A stretch of 64,000 nucleotides of DNA from an uncultured virus (IMG/VR IMGVR_UViG_3300045940_000149) (IMGVR_UViG_3300045940_000149), one strand, 5' to 3'. Shown: positions 10,654 to 20,456, counted from the stretch's first letter. A program made the numbers and translations. The notes: generated by a model from the letters alone, not told the origin.

Positions 10654-10661
10654 TGCCGAAC

Positions 10662-11179
10662 GCGGGCCGCCTTGCACTGCTTGAAGCCCATGGGACGAGT
10701 GCTGCCCGCTGGAGCCCGGCCGGTCAGCCATTGAAAGCCAGCGGTCGCGTGCCGGGCTCACTTCTTGCGGTCGCCAGAAAATCTATGAAGCCCAAGGCGT
10801 CCCTGCGACCGCGGAGCCCGGCCATCACGTCGATGACATCCGAGTCGCCGCTGCCGGGCTCACCCATTCCCGTTGCGGTCGCCGCACATCGCTTGAAGCC
10901 CCTGTGGCAAATGCGACCGCCGAGCCCGGCCATCCGCGGGGTGAAACCCAAACAAGAATTGCCGGGCTCACTCTTCACCAATGCGGTCGCCATTCCGCCC
11001 TTGAAGCCCATTCCGCCAGTGCGACCGCGGAGCCCGGCCGGAAGCTCGATGAAACCCACATCACGATTGCCGGGCTCACCCGTTGCGGTCGCCACGCGCA
11101 GGCTGAAGCCCATGGAGCTGGTGCGACCGCGGAGCCCGGCCAGAGCTGCGTTGAACCCCACAGATGGCGTGCCGGGCTC
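10662..11179 (+). ncRNA. TIGR-like guide array 1 (10 units, first degenerate)
   Basis: Alternating TGCGGTCGC-CA-N9-TGANNNCCN-N9-TGCGACCGC and GAGCCCGGC-CA-N9-TGANNNCCN-N9-TGCCGGGCTC units. Confidence 0.88.
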
Positions 11180-11199
11180 ACCCTTTCTGCGAGGCCGAC

Positions 11200-11814
11200 A
11201 TGAAAGCTGACCTGCGAACGATCGCCGCCGACCTGTTGCGGACGCACAAGACGATTGCCGCTGCCGCCGCCGAGCTGGTGACGATGATGATGGCGGACGA
11301 CAAGTTGCAGCTCGCAGTCGCCACCGAGTTCTTGCGCAGTCTCGCCAACACCAAGTCCGCCCCGCATGTGGTTCGCTCCCGCCGCCGTCCTGGTCCGCAC
11401 AAGAGCCCCAAGCAACCGACCGCGGCACAGAAGGCAGGCGCGCTGCGGGCCGAGAAGCAGTACATCGCCTCAATCTTCGACCACCGCCTGCGCGGCGGCC
11501 AGCGGCTCGGTCAGATCCGGGTGCATGAGCTGCGAGCCATCGCCGAAGCGAGCGCCAGCACCGCGACCAGCTTCCTCACCCGCGGCTACGAGGACGCGGT
11601 GGAAGCCATCGCCTGCACGCGCATGACGCAGCACTGCGTCGCCGTCGATCCGTTCGCGCTGGTCAAGGACGTGATCAAGGCGACGATCGCCAAGGACATC
11701 TTCGAGCAAGCAAAGATCGATGCCGCCGAAGTGATCCGCGACGGGTCCGCCAAGCTGGCACGCGACCTGATCGCGCGGGCGCAGAAGCCCGAGCCGCCAC
11801 AGGTCACACAATGA
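11200..11814 (+). CDS. Hypothetical 204-aa protein between arrays 1 and 2
   Basis: GAGG RBS then ATG at 11200; no recognised domain. Confidence 0.7.
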   Translation: MKADLRTIAADLLRTHKTIAAAAAELVTMMMADDKLQLAVATEFLRSLANTKSAPHVVRSRRRPGPHKSPKQPTAAQKAGALRAEKQYIASIFDHRLRGGQRLGQIRVHELRAIAEASASTATSFLTRGYEDAVEAIACTRMTQHCVAVDPFALVKDVIKATIAKDIFEQAKIDAAEVIRDGSAKLARDLIARAQKPEPPQVTQ

Positions 11815-11815
11815 T

Positions 11816-12116
11816 TGCGGTCGCCAGCACATCGCTGAAAACCACCAGCTCAGTGCGACCGCCGAGCCCGGCCGAAGCCGTTGTGAAGCCCACCAACAGA
11901 CTGCCGGGCTCACCTATTGCGGTCGCCACCACTGCTCTGAAGCCCAAGGGACGCGTGCGACCGCCGAGCCCGGCCAATTTCCATATGAAACCCGAACCGG
12001 ACTTGCCGGGCTCACCCCTTTGCGGTCGCCACTTGAGGCTTGAAGCCCATGATCTCAATGCGACCGCGGAGCCCGGCCATTCGATGAATGAAACCCAAGC
12101 CGGGCTTGCCGGGCTC
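11816..12116 (+). ncRNA. TIGR-like guide array 2 (6 units)
   Basis: Same alternating units with 9-nt spacers. Confidence 0.9.
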
Positions 12117-12133
12117 GCCCTTCTGGAGGCCAC

Positions 12134-12997
12134 ATGACCGCCATCACTGACACCATCGCTGAAATGCGCCGCCATCATCGCCGCCGCCGGTTTGCGATGA
12201 AGGAGCAGCAGCGATCGGAACGGTCGCTCGAATCGTTCCTGCGCGAGAACGCGACCGACTGGTCGCCGAGCATGAGCGAGGCCGAGCGCGAAATCAGGAA
12301 CAAGATGGTTCACGCCATCATCAAGACCGTCCGCGACGGCGACACCGCCTCCCCGTTCGCCGACATGGTGCTGATGAGCGATCAGAGCCGCGAGCCGTGG
12401 ACGCGCACACGCGACGTGTCGGAGAAGGCCATGGGCAAGCTGGCGATGACCCTGCCGGTCTATCCATGGATCGAATCGATCCGCGGTGCCGGTGCGCTGG
12501 GTCTCGCCACCATCGTCGCCGAGACCGGTGATCTCGCCAACTATCCCAACCCCGCCAAGGTCTGGTCGCGGCTCGGCTTCGCACCCTACGACGGCTTCGC
12601 CGGTTCGAGCTGGAAGAGGGAGACGTGGCGTCCGCGGGCGCTAACGAAGGAAGAGTGGATCGAGCACCCGTTCTCCGGATCTCGGTACGCGCTCATGCAC
12701 CAGATCGCGGTCTGGCTGGTCAATGCGCAATGGATCGGCAAGGCCAAGAGCGAGAGCGGCGAAGGTGAGCCCAACGGTCCCTACGGCGATGTGTATGCCG
12801 CCCGGCGCAAGCACGCGATGAAGACGCACGCCGATTGGACGGACGGACACCGCCGAATGGATGCTTTGCGTATAACGATGAAGGCGTTCCTCAAGGATCT
12901 TTGGGTCGAGTGGCACCGCGCGGCCGAACAGGTTGCGGAGCCGCCGCCGAAGAAGAAGCGCTCGCGCAAGTCGGACGAGCCGCGCATTGGAGCGTGA
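12134..12997 (+). CDS. tasA: IS110/Nop-domain RNA-binding protein without nuclease domain (TasA-like)
   Basis: WIESIRGAGALGLATIVAETGDLANYPNPAKVWSRLGFAP resembles the IS110 Transposase_20/Nop region; no DEDD RuvC or HNH seen; flanked by dual-spacer arrays. Confidence 0.8.
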   Translation: MTAITDTIAEMRRHHRRRRFAMKEQQRSERSLESFLRENATDWSPSMSEAEREIRNKMVHAIIKTVRDGDTASPFADMVLMSDQSREPWTRTRDVSEKAMGKLAMTLPVYPWIESIRGAGALGLATIVAETGDLANYPNPAKVWSRLGFAPYDGFAGSSWKRETWRPRALTKEEWIEHPFSGSRYALMHQIAVWLVNAQWIGKAKSESGEGEPNGPYGDVYAARRKHAMKTHADWTDGHRRMDALRITMKAFLKDLWVEWHRAAEQVAEPPPKKKRSRKSDEPRIGA

Positions 12998-13004
12998 TCA
13001 TGAA

Positions 13005-13208
13005 TGCGGTCGCCACCACTGCTCTGAAGCCCACCGACTTCGTGCGACCGCGGAGCCCGGCCATCGGCGGCCTGATGCCCTATGAAACCCTGCCGGGCTC
13101 ACCCTTCCTGTTTGCGGTCGCCAGTAGATCGTTGAAGACCGTCTTGGTCGTGCGACCGCCGAGCCCGGCCAACCCGTGGTTGATATCCAGAAAACGTATG
13201 CCGGGCTC
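13005..13208 (+). ncRNA. TIGR-like guide array 3 (4 units)
   Basis: Same alternating units. Confidence 0.88.
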
Positions 13209-13223
13209 ACTTTTCCTAGGGGG

Positions 13224-13610
13224 ATGAACATGCGTACGTACCACGGTTGGCGCGACGCCGACCACACTGCCAAGGTGATCGTGATCGAGGACAGCGGGAA
13301 GGAACACCCGCTCAATCTTCGACTGGATCTGCGCAATCACAGTCCCACCGGCCCGGAGTGGGGTTACGCCGGATCGGGACCGGCGCAGCTCGCGCTCGCC
13401 ATCCTGTGCGATGCGCTGGGAGATGACGAGCGCGCCCAGCGGCTCTACCAGATGTTCAAGTTTAAGGTGATCGCTGGTCTCGACCGCGATCAACCATGGA
13501 CGATGAAGGCGCATGCCGTGAGGATGATGGCCCACATCATCGAGCAGGAACGCAACAGCCATGAGCCATTCAGACACGCGCGGTCGCAGGCGGATCGAGA
13601 TAGCGCATGA
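13224..13610 (+). CDS. DUF6166-like protein
   Basis: RNHSPTGPEWGYAGSGPAQLALAIL. Confidence 0.7.
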   Translation: MNMRTYHGWRDADHTAKVIVIEDSGKEHPLNLRLDLRNHSPTGPEWGYAGSGPAQLALAILCDALGDDERAQRLYQMFKFKVIAGLDRDQPWTMKAHAVRMMAHIIEQERNSHEPFRHARSQADRDSA

Positions 13611-16610
13611 GATTGGAGTGACGTTCCACGATGGATCACCGCACATCGTCATGCGCGATGCCAAGGGCGAAATCTTTGCGGTGGCCATTCTCGAACCGCC
13701 GCACCTGATCGAGATGCTGCAAATACTGATCAAAGCGTCTCACCAGATCCTCGACAACGAAATGCAGAAACGAACCGGAAATCGCCAACGATGCAGTGAA
13801 CGGGGAGAACGACCAATGGGGTTCGCCATGGCCTATGGGATCTGTGTGTGTTGTGGCCAGACATTCGGCTTCAATCCGGTGCGGGTGCCGAGCTGCCGGA
13901 TCAACGGCAACCGCGAGCCGATCTGCGGGATCTGTATTCCGCAGATCAACATTCGCCGCCGGGCCAAGGGGCTGGCCGAGATCATCCCGCTGCCGGACGC
14001 CTATCAAGCCTGCGAGGAATCGGAGCTGCTGATCCTATGAGCATTCCGTGGCGACGGCCGCTCGCGCTCACGCTTAACGCGGACAGTGCGAGAGTCCTTT
14101 GGGCGATGGCGTGGGAGTCAATCAAGCCGACTCCGCTTTGGTTTTGGGAATTGCCATGACCGACCTGACCCCGCGCGAACTGGACCTGTCCGAGCCGGTG
14201 GCGGTTGTCGTAGGTCGCCTGCGCGCCGATCTCGCGGGGGCGAGGAGCGAAATACAGCAGCTTCGGACGGCACTGCGGCGTTTGATAAACGACATCCACG
14301 AGTACGAGCGGGTCAACAATCTATCTCCCAATCCGCCGCGCATGGAATGCTGGGACAGCGTTTTAGAGGCTCGGCATATTCTCGCTGATGGGGACGGAGC
14401 GCCCAAGCCAACCGACCTGACCCCGCGCGAGCTGGACCTGCTGAAGTGGTTGGGCGAGAGCGAGTACAGCCAATATGGGGAATGCTACGGCAAGGATCTC
14501 GACACGCTGGTCGCCAAGAAGCTGGCGCAGATCCATCTGCCGGGAGAGCACCAGAACTTCATCGCCAACGACTTCGCCGGGACCAGAGGCATCATGTACC
14601 AAGCCGTGTCGCTCACCGAAAACGGGCGAGCGCTGCTGGTGGGGATCGAGGGATCTGACGAGTAACCAGTTGTGTGGAGTGCGTCATGTTGGATAGCCGC
14701 AAACTGCTCAAGCGCAAGGGCGACAGCGGACGGAACCAGCAAGTTTTCAAGGCACTGCAGTACGCCGACGAGGACGAGCGCCGCTACACCATCGAGGACA
14801 ACAAGCGCAATTACAGCCACCGCGGCAGCGAAGCGATGGCGCGGCGCGGTGACCATGACACCGCTGACGAAGCCGCCCGCTCGCTGTCGCGGGCCGAAGT
14901 GACCCGAATCGAAGGCGTGGTCGAGCGTGCGCTGCAGGCCCGGCGCTTCAGCGGCGGCACATGGGACGAGCTGGAAGGGCTTACCGGCCTACCCAAGGCC
15001 AGCATCAGCCCGCGGTTCAAGCCGCTGCGACGGCAACTGCGGATCTGCTTTGCGCTCGAACCGGATGTGGCCCAACCGGAGCTGGTATTCGGAGCAGCCC
15101 CCCGCGCTCTTGGGGATAAAGCGTCATGACTGACGCCAACCAATGTCCGACATGCGCGCTTCTGCGCGCCGAAAACGAGGCTCTTTTAGAGCGCATAGCG
15201 GAGCTTTATCGCGCGCAGAAAAGCCGAATATTGTCGGCGCGCTCCGCTGAATACAACGCACTCACCTCTAACGAGAGCAACAATGACTGACATTGAAGGC
15301 GACCAAAGCAAGCGACCGCCAGAATGCAACACCGCACAGCGACCAACGTCCTGTCCGCATATCAAATGCACGTACGAGGGCTACGACGGAGAGCGATGGA
15401 ATTGCAACACTTGTGGACAGTCCTTCTATCTCGACTACGACGAAATGCGATGACCGCACTCAAGCCCGACACGTACGAGCCAACGAAATGAAAACCGATC
15501 TGATGCGCTTCCGGGCCGACATCCCGCTGCTGCTGGAGATCGAGATCGACACGTCGCTGGAGGGCGTGCAGGCGCTGGAAGCGGTGATGCGAGCGTTCGA
15601 GAGCAAGGTGGCGACGGTCACGGTTCAACTGCCGCCGCGCACCGCCTTCGGAGCCCGCGGGATCACTGCCACGCTGAACGGCCGGGTTCGCTTGGAGAAG
15701 ATTGATGCCGATTGACGAAGGCCAGCTCGGCGACGCGCCGATCGAGCAGCGCTACCACGCGCTGATGAACGAGCTTGGCCGGTTCCTCGACAAGATGCTC
15801 AACGGCGAGCTGCCGGAACGCAAGCACGGCTTCGTCCTGATGATGTTCCCGTTCGAGGACACGCACGGTCACTGCAACTACATCTCGAACGCCCGGCGGT
15901 CCGATGTGCTGGTCATGCTCAAGAAGCAGGTGGAACGGTTCGAGGCGCAGAATGAGGTACGGCCTAGTTGATCCTGAACGCCGCAAGTTCGCGGTGGTGG
16001 ATTGTCCCACGATCGAGGACGCCTACGCCCGCGTCGGGCTGGCCGTGGGCGAGGTCGATCACGGCACGGTCTGCCGGTTGGATGGCGGCGGCTCGATCGG
16101 GATCATCGTCTTTCAGTATTCGTTCTACGTCGAGGTCGCCAAGCAGCACTACTTCGCGCTCGGCAGCAAGCTCTATGCCGGGGCCGCGGTGCTCTATCAG
16201 GCCAACCGGTACGGCCAGACCGCCCCGTACGCGACTGCCAATCCGCTGGCACCGCGCTGGTTCCGCAATGCAGCCGAGATCGAAGAAGCGATCCGCGCGG
16301 GCGAGATCACCCGGCCGCAGATCGTCCTGAACGGCAACCTGATCTGGCGCTGGCCGGAACCAAGGCGGCACTGAATGAGCGAGGTATTCCACTTCAACAC
16401 GGTGATCGCGCGGGTGTTCGAGCGCTCGCTGGCCAAGCGCGCGATCAAGGGGCCCAACTACGAGCACGATAAGAGCGACGTGGTGGTCGAGCGCGATCCC
16501 CCGCAATGGTACCTCCAGATCGGTGATGTGTCGTTCATGACCGGACCGGACAAGCCCGATTTCAAGGACGGCGATCTGGTGACGGTCACCATCAGGAAGC
16601 GTGAGAAGCC

Positions 16611-16952
16611 ATGACGACCTACGCAACCTTGCGAGAGGCGAACGAGGCCCGCCAGCGGGAGTGGGACGCCGATAACCGCATCACCCTCGCCTATCGTGGG
16701 AACGAGCTTGCGGGCGAGGTTGGCGAGGCGTGCAACGTCATCAAGAAGATCGAGCGCGAGCGCATCGGCATTCGCGGATCGCGGGCGAGCGCGGGCGCGC
16801 TGGCCGAAGAATTAGCCGATGTTGTGATCTGCGCAGACCTCATCGCAATGGACGCGGGCATCGATTTGGAGGCCGCCGTGCGGCGCAAGTTCAACGCCAC
16901 GTCCGAGAAGTATGGTCTGCAAACGCGGGTCTCACTGCGCGAGGCGACATGA
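16611..16952 (+). CDS. MazG-like NTP pyrophosphohydrolase
   Basis: ELAGEVGEACNVIKK..LAEELADVVI..VRRKFN. Confidence 0.8.
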   Translation: MTTYATLREANEARQREWDADNRITLAYRGNELAGEVGEACNVIKKIERERIGIRGSRASAGALAEELADVVICADLIAMDAGIDLEAAVRRKFNATSEKYGLQTRVSLREAT

Positions 16953-17730
16953 AGCACCCGCGTGGCCACCTGATCGAGCTGTTCAAGGAGCTGGAGGAAG
17001 TGATCGGCTACCCGACGCTGTGGGAATGGACCAAGGACTGGATTCGGACCGGCAACCGGTCGCCGACCCTGAGCGAATACCTGCGGAAGCGGATGAATGA
17101 CGAACAATGCGGAGCTGATCGTAAGCCTGCTGCGTGAGGCGATCGGCTGTCTCCATAGCGGCGAGCACAAGCGTGCTGCATGGCGGATCGCCGACGCTGG
17201 CGGCCGATTGCGCAAGCTGCTCGATCAGGATCTCGGGAACGAGCGGGTCGCTGGCTACACCGAGCCGACCGGAATCGGCTGCAAGCTGCCGAGCATGGAC
17301 CCATGACCCGACCCGACTTCGACGACGCCTCGCACGACCGCATCACCGAGATGACGGAAGCGATCCTGACCATCGTCCAACAGCACTACCAGCGCGGGCC
17401 GACCCACCGCGACCGCGTGCTCGAAGCGGTCAACGCGCTCGCCATCGCCAGCGCCGTCGCCATCAAGGGCACCGAGTCCGAGCAGGTCATGCGATTCTTC
17501 CAAGAGGCGTTCAACAAGCAGATGGACGCGAGGGTGCAATGATGGTGATCAACGAGCTGCGATGCGACTTCAAGGAAACCGGCGTGACCAACGCCGCGGT
17601 GTGGGTCCACTGCTACTCCGAGCAGGACATCGACGACCTGATCGTCTGGCTGGTCGGAGCCAAGCTCGCCATGCGCCATTGGCGCAAGATCAAAGACAAG
17701 GTGAAGGCCAACGTGATTCCGATCGGCGAG

Positions 17731-17756
17731 AAAAAAGGGCCGCCCGCAGGCGGCCC
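17731..17756 (-). terminator. Rho-independent terminator
   Basis: GGGCCGCC-4-GGCGGCCC hairpin followed by T6 on the minus strand. Confidence 0.7.
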
Positions 17757-17789
17757 GAAAGTCGGTGGGCACAAATGAACTCGACCCGA

Positions 17790-17930
17790 CTACCTGCATC
17801 CGCAGATCATCTTGCCGTTGAACCCCTGATAACACGAGTAGCTGGTACCGGGCGGGCACTTGGCCCATGCCACCGAGCTGCCGATCGCCGCCATCACGGC
17901 CAGCACTGCAATGAGAATTCGGACTCGCAT
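17790..17930 (-). CDS. Small secreted 4-Cys peptide, paralog 2
   Basis: Signal peptide ending AWA, then KCPPGTSYSCYQGFNGKMICGCR. Confidence 0.7.
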   Translation of the reverse strand: MRVRILIAVLAVMAAIGSSVAWAKCPPGTSYSCYQGFNGKMICGCR

Positions 17931-17968
17931 TCTGGTCTTCTCCCGTTGTCTTTGCTGCTCGCGCCGGA

Positions 17969-18100
17969 TCACCGGCAGGAACAGATCACCTTGCCGCTGA
18001 AGCTCTGCTCGCACGAATACCGCGTCCCGGGCGGACACGCTGCCCAAGCTGCCGTGCCGAAAGCCACTACCGCCATTGTCGCCAAGATCAATCGACGCAT
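17969..18100 (-). CDS. Small secreted 4-Cys peptide, paralog 1
   Basis: GGAG RBS; signal peptide ending AWA, then ACPPGTRYSCEQSFSGKVICSCR. Confidence 0.7.
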   Translation of the reverse strand: MRRLILATMAVVAFGTAAWAACPPGTRYSCEQSFSGKVICSCR

Positions 18101-19188
18101 CGCCTGCTCCCCTTTCCATGGGCTGAAGTTCCAACAAGCAATGCTTTCACAACCAATGCGGCAGAAATGAGGGCGCAATGGCCTATAGGTCGAAAAGTCC
18201 GTTCCACCTTTGTCCAACTTGTCGTGCAGTGCAGCAATGCCGATGGCATCGGCACTTCCGCAATCGGGCGCGTCGATCGACGGACAATATGGCCTACATC
18301 CATCGCACCAAAAAGTAGAAGTGCAATGCGGAAACGCCTGCGGCACAGGCACTTCTCGTATCCGACTCGGGTCGAGTCGGCATTCTCCGGAGTCGCGATG
18401 ATTATATTCGTAGTGCGGGGTGAGAGACCGCGCGGGCCAGACCGGCCCGGGTTGTTTGACACTGTGAATAGGAAGGAGAGAAGGCCATGGCGAAAGCCAT
18501 AGCAAAGCGCAAGCGCAAGCTCGACTGGCGTCACTATCCCAACGAGTACAAGTACCGTGGCGGCTGCAAGGTCGCTTGGCACATCTACGAGACCCGCAAG
18601 GAAGCGGAAGAGTGTGCAGAGGCGGCCCGGCACAACGCCGTCATCAAAGAGTCGCTCGGCTACGACTTCGGCTACTGCTCGCCGGGGTCAATCACCGTGC
18701 TGCCGGACGGCAAGTTCGAAGTCTGCGTACCCTGACAACAAGACGGCCCGGGGAGGCCAATCCCCGGGCCGCACGAAGGAGCATTAGGCGAAACATGACC
18801 AACACACTGACACTGAAGAAGCTGGAGCGGTTCGTCAAGACCCGGAACAAGTCCGGGTTCCGTTCCAATCTCCAATTCAATTGGGACGCCAGCGCCTGCG
18901 GCATCTCGATCGATGAATTCGGAGATCCCGAGAAGTTCGTGCTCGACGGCTTCACCGGCTACCGATGGAAGCCGGTGATGAAGACCGGCGAGACGGTGAC
19001 CATGGTGGAGTTCGGCCGCACGATCTATCTCGATCGCAACATCGACAAGGACAAGGACACCAAGTCGATGTTCGAGCTGATGGACAGGCTGGCGAACTTC
19101 GTCGAGATCACGACCTGAAAATGATCCGGCCGCCGGGAGGGTTTCTCGGCGGCCGGGGTGCGGCAGAATGGAAGGAAGGAAGAGGCCA

Positions 19189-19632
19189 ATGCGAATCTTC
19201 TCTACCAAGACCGGGGCGGAACTTCAAGCGCTGCGTCGCGCCGCCGCGGAACGGTTCACAGCAATCGCGATGCAGTACGTCCCGCCGACCTACGCGATCC
19301 AGTACCGCAAGAGCCTGAGCGGGCGACATTACCCGAAGAGGAAGATGATCGCCGCACCGCGGCCGGTCACCCGGCGAGCGCTCTACATCTTCCTGCATGA
19401 GTGCGCGCACATCTATCTCCATGGGCCCGGCTCGAAGCGCGTGCCCGCCCACGTGCGCGAGCTGCAGGCCGAGCAATGGGCGCACGCGAAAATGCGCGAG
19501 CACGGCGTCCCGGTCCCGCGCGTCGAGACCCACCGCGCCAAGCGCTACGTCCGGCGCAAGATCCGCCAAGCACTCGCGCACGGCGCCAAGCGAATCGACC
19601 CGGCGGCCAAGCGGTACGCAGAGGGAGCGTGA
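19189..19632 (+). CDS. HEXXH zinc-metallopeptidase-like protein
   Basis: FLHECAHIYLH..ELQAEQWA. Confidence 0.55.
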   Translation: MRIFSTKTGAELQALRRAAAERFTAIAMQYVPPTYAIQYRKSLSGRHYPKRKMIAAPRPVTRRALYIFLHECAHIYLHGPGSKRVPAHVRELQAEQWAHAKMREHGVPVPRVETHRAKRYVRRKIRQALAHGAKRIDPAAKRYAEGA

Positions 19633-20425
19633 TGTTGAAGAAGGTCGGCCCGGTGCCGGACACCTACGCCACACCGCCGCGCAAATGCCTGTGGTGCAGA
19701 AAGCATCTCGACAAGGCGACCAACGTGACCGATGTGACCGGGCCGCAGGACGGCGACATCACCATCTGCGCTGGCTGCGGCCACGTGATGGTCTTCACTG
19801 CCGATCTCGACCTGCGCAAGCCGACCAAGGAAGAGCTGGATGCGCTGCAAGCCGATTCGAGGTTTTGCACAATCATGCAGGTGAGCACCCACCTGATCGG
19901 ACCGAAGCGGGAGCGGCCGACATGATCGAGACCCTGATCGTCGTCGCCCAGCTCTCCACCATCGACTGCCGGGAGCATTATCCCGGGCCCGAGCGCGAGC
20001 GCTGGACGTGGCGCACGATCGACGGCCGCCGCTGCTGGTACAAGGGGCGCAAGCTGCCCAAGGACCGGCTGCGCTGGCCGGACCCGCCGACGCCGCCGTT
20101 CAATTGGGCGCGCGACGAGCCGGACGATCCACCAGCCGAGACCGAGCTGCCGAAGACCGACAGCTTCAAGGCGCGCTGGCCGCAGTACTGAGTTGGGGTC
20201 GCCTCCGGATGAAACCCGGTCGGCGAAGGATGACCCCAAGGGAGCTGGCCCGATGACCTGAACAGCCGCAGGTAGGGTCAGCTCCCACCGACGTGAAGCG
20301 CCCGGGGTTTGGGCTTGGACCACGGGTGGACCGCCCAGCGGGAAGTTGGTGGTCGAAAGGAAACAACGTCCCGCAGTCGGGGCCCCCGGTTGTTCCTTGC
20401 CGGGGGTGACCCGGCCAAAGCAGTG

Positions 20426-20454
20426 CTTGATGTGTAGGCCATGAAGCCCTATAT
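20426..20454 (+). promoter_or_regulatory. Repeated phage promoter/operator, copy 1
   Basis: CTTG-N4-GTAGGCC-N6-CCCTATAT. Confidence 0.7.
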
Positions 20455-20456
20455 GT

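Larger units (their letters stand above)
13561..20191 (+). other. Cluster of short accessory ORFs
   Basis: Closely packed short ORFs, many with ATGA overlaps; mostly no recognisable domain. Confidence 0.7.

Noticed and set aside
12134..12997. Active IS110 transposase
   Set aside because: No N-terminal DEDD RuvC domain; the gene is embedded in an operon among arrays
10662..13208. CRISPR array
   Set aside because: Variable parts are paired 9-mers inside alternating stems, not 25-40-nt spacers; no cas genes in the window
20240..20290. Hammerhead ribozyme
   Set aside because: CCGATGA rather than CTGANGA, and no GAAA after the stem
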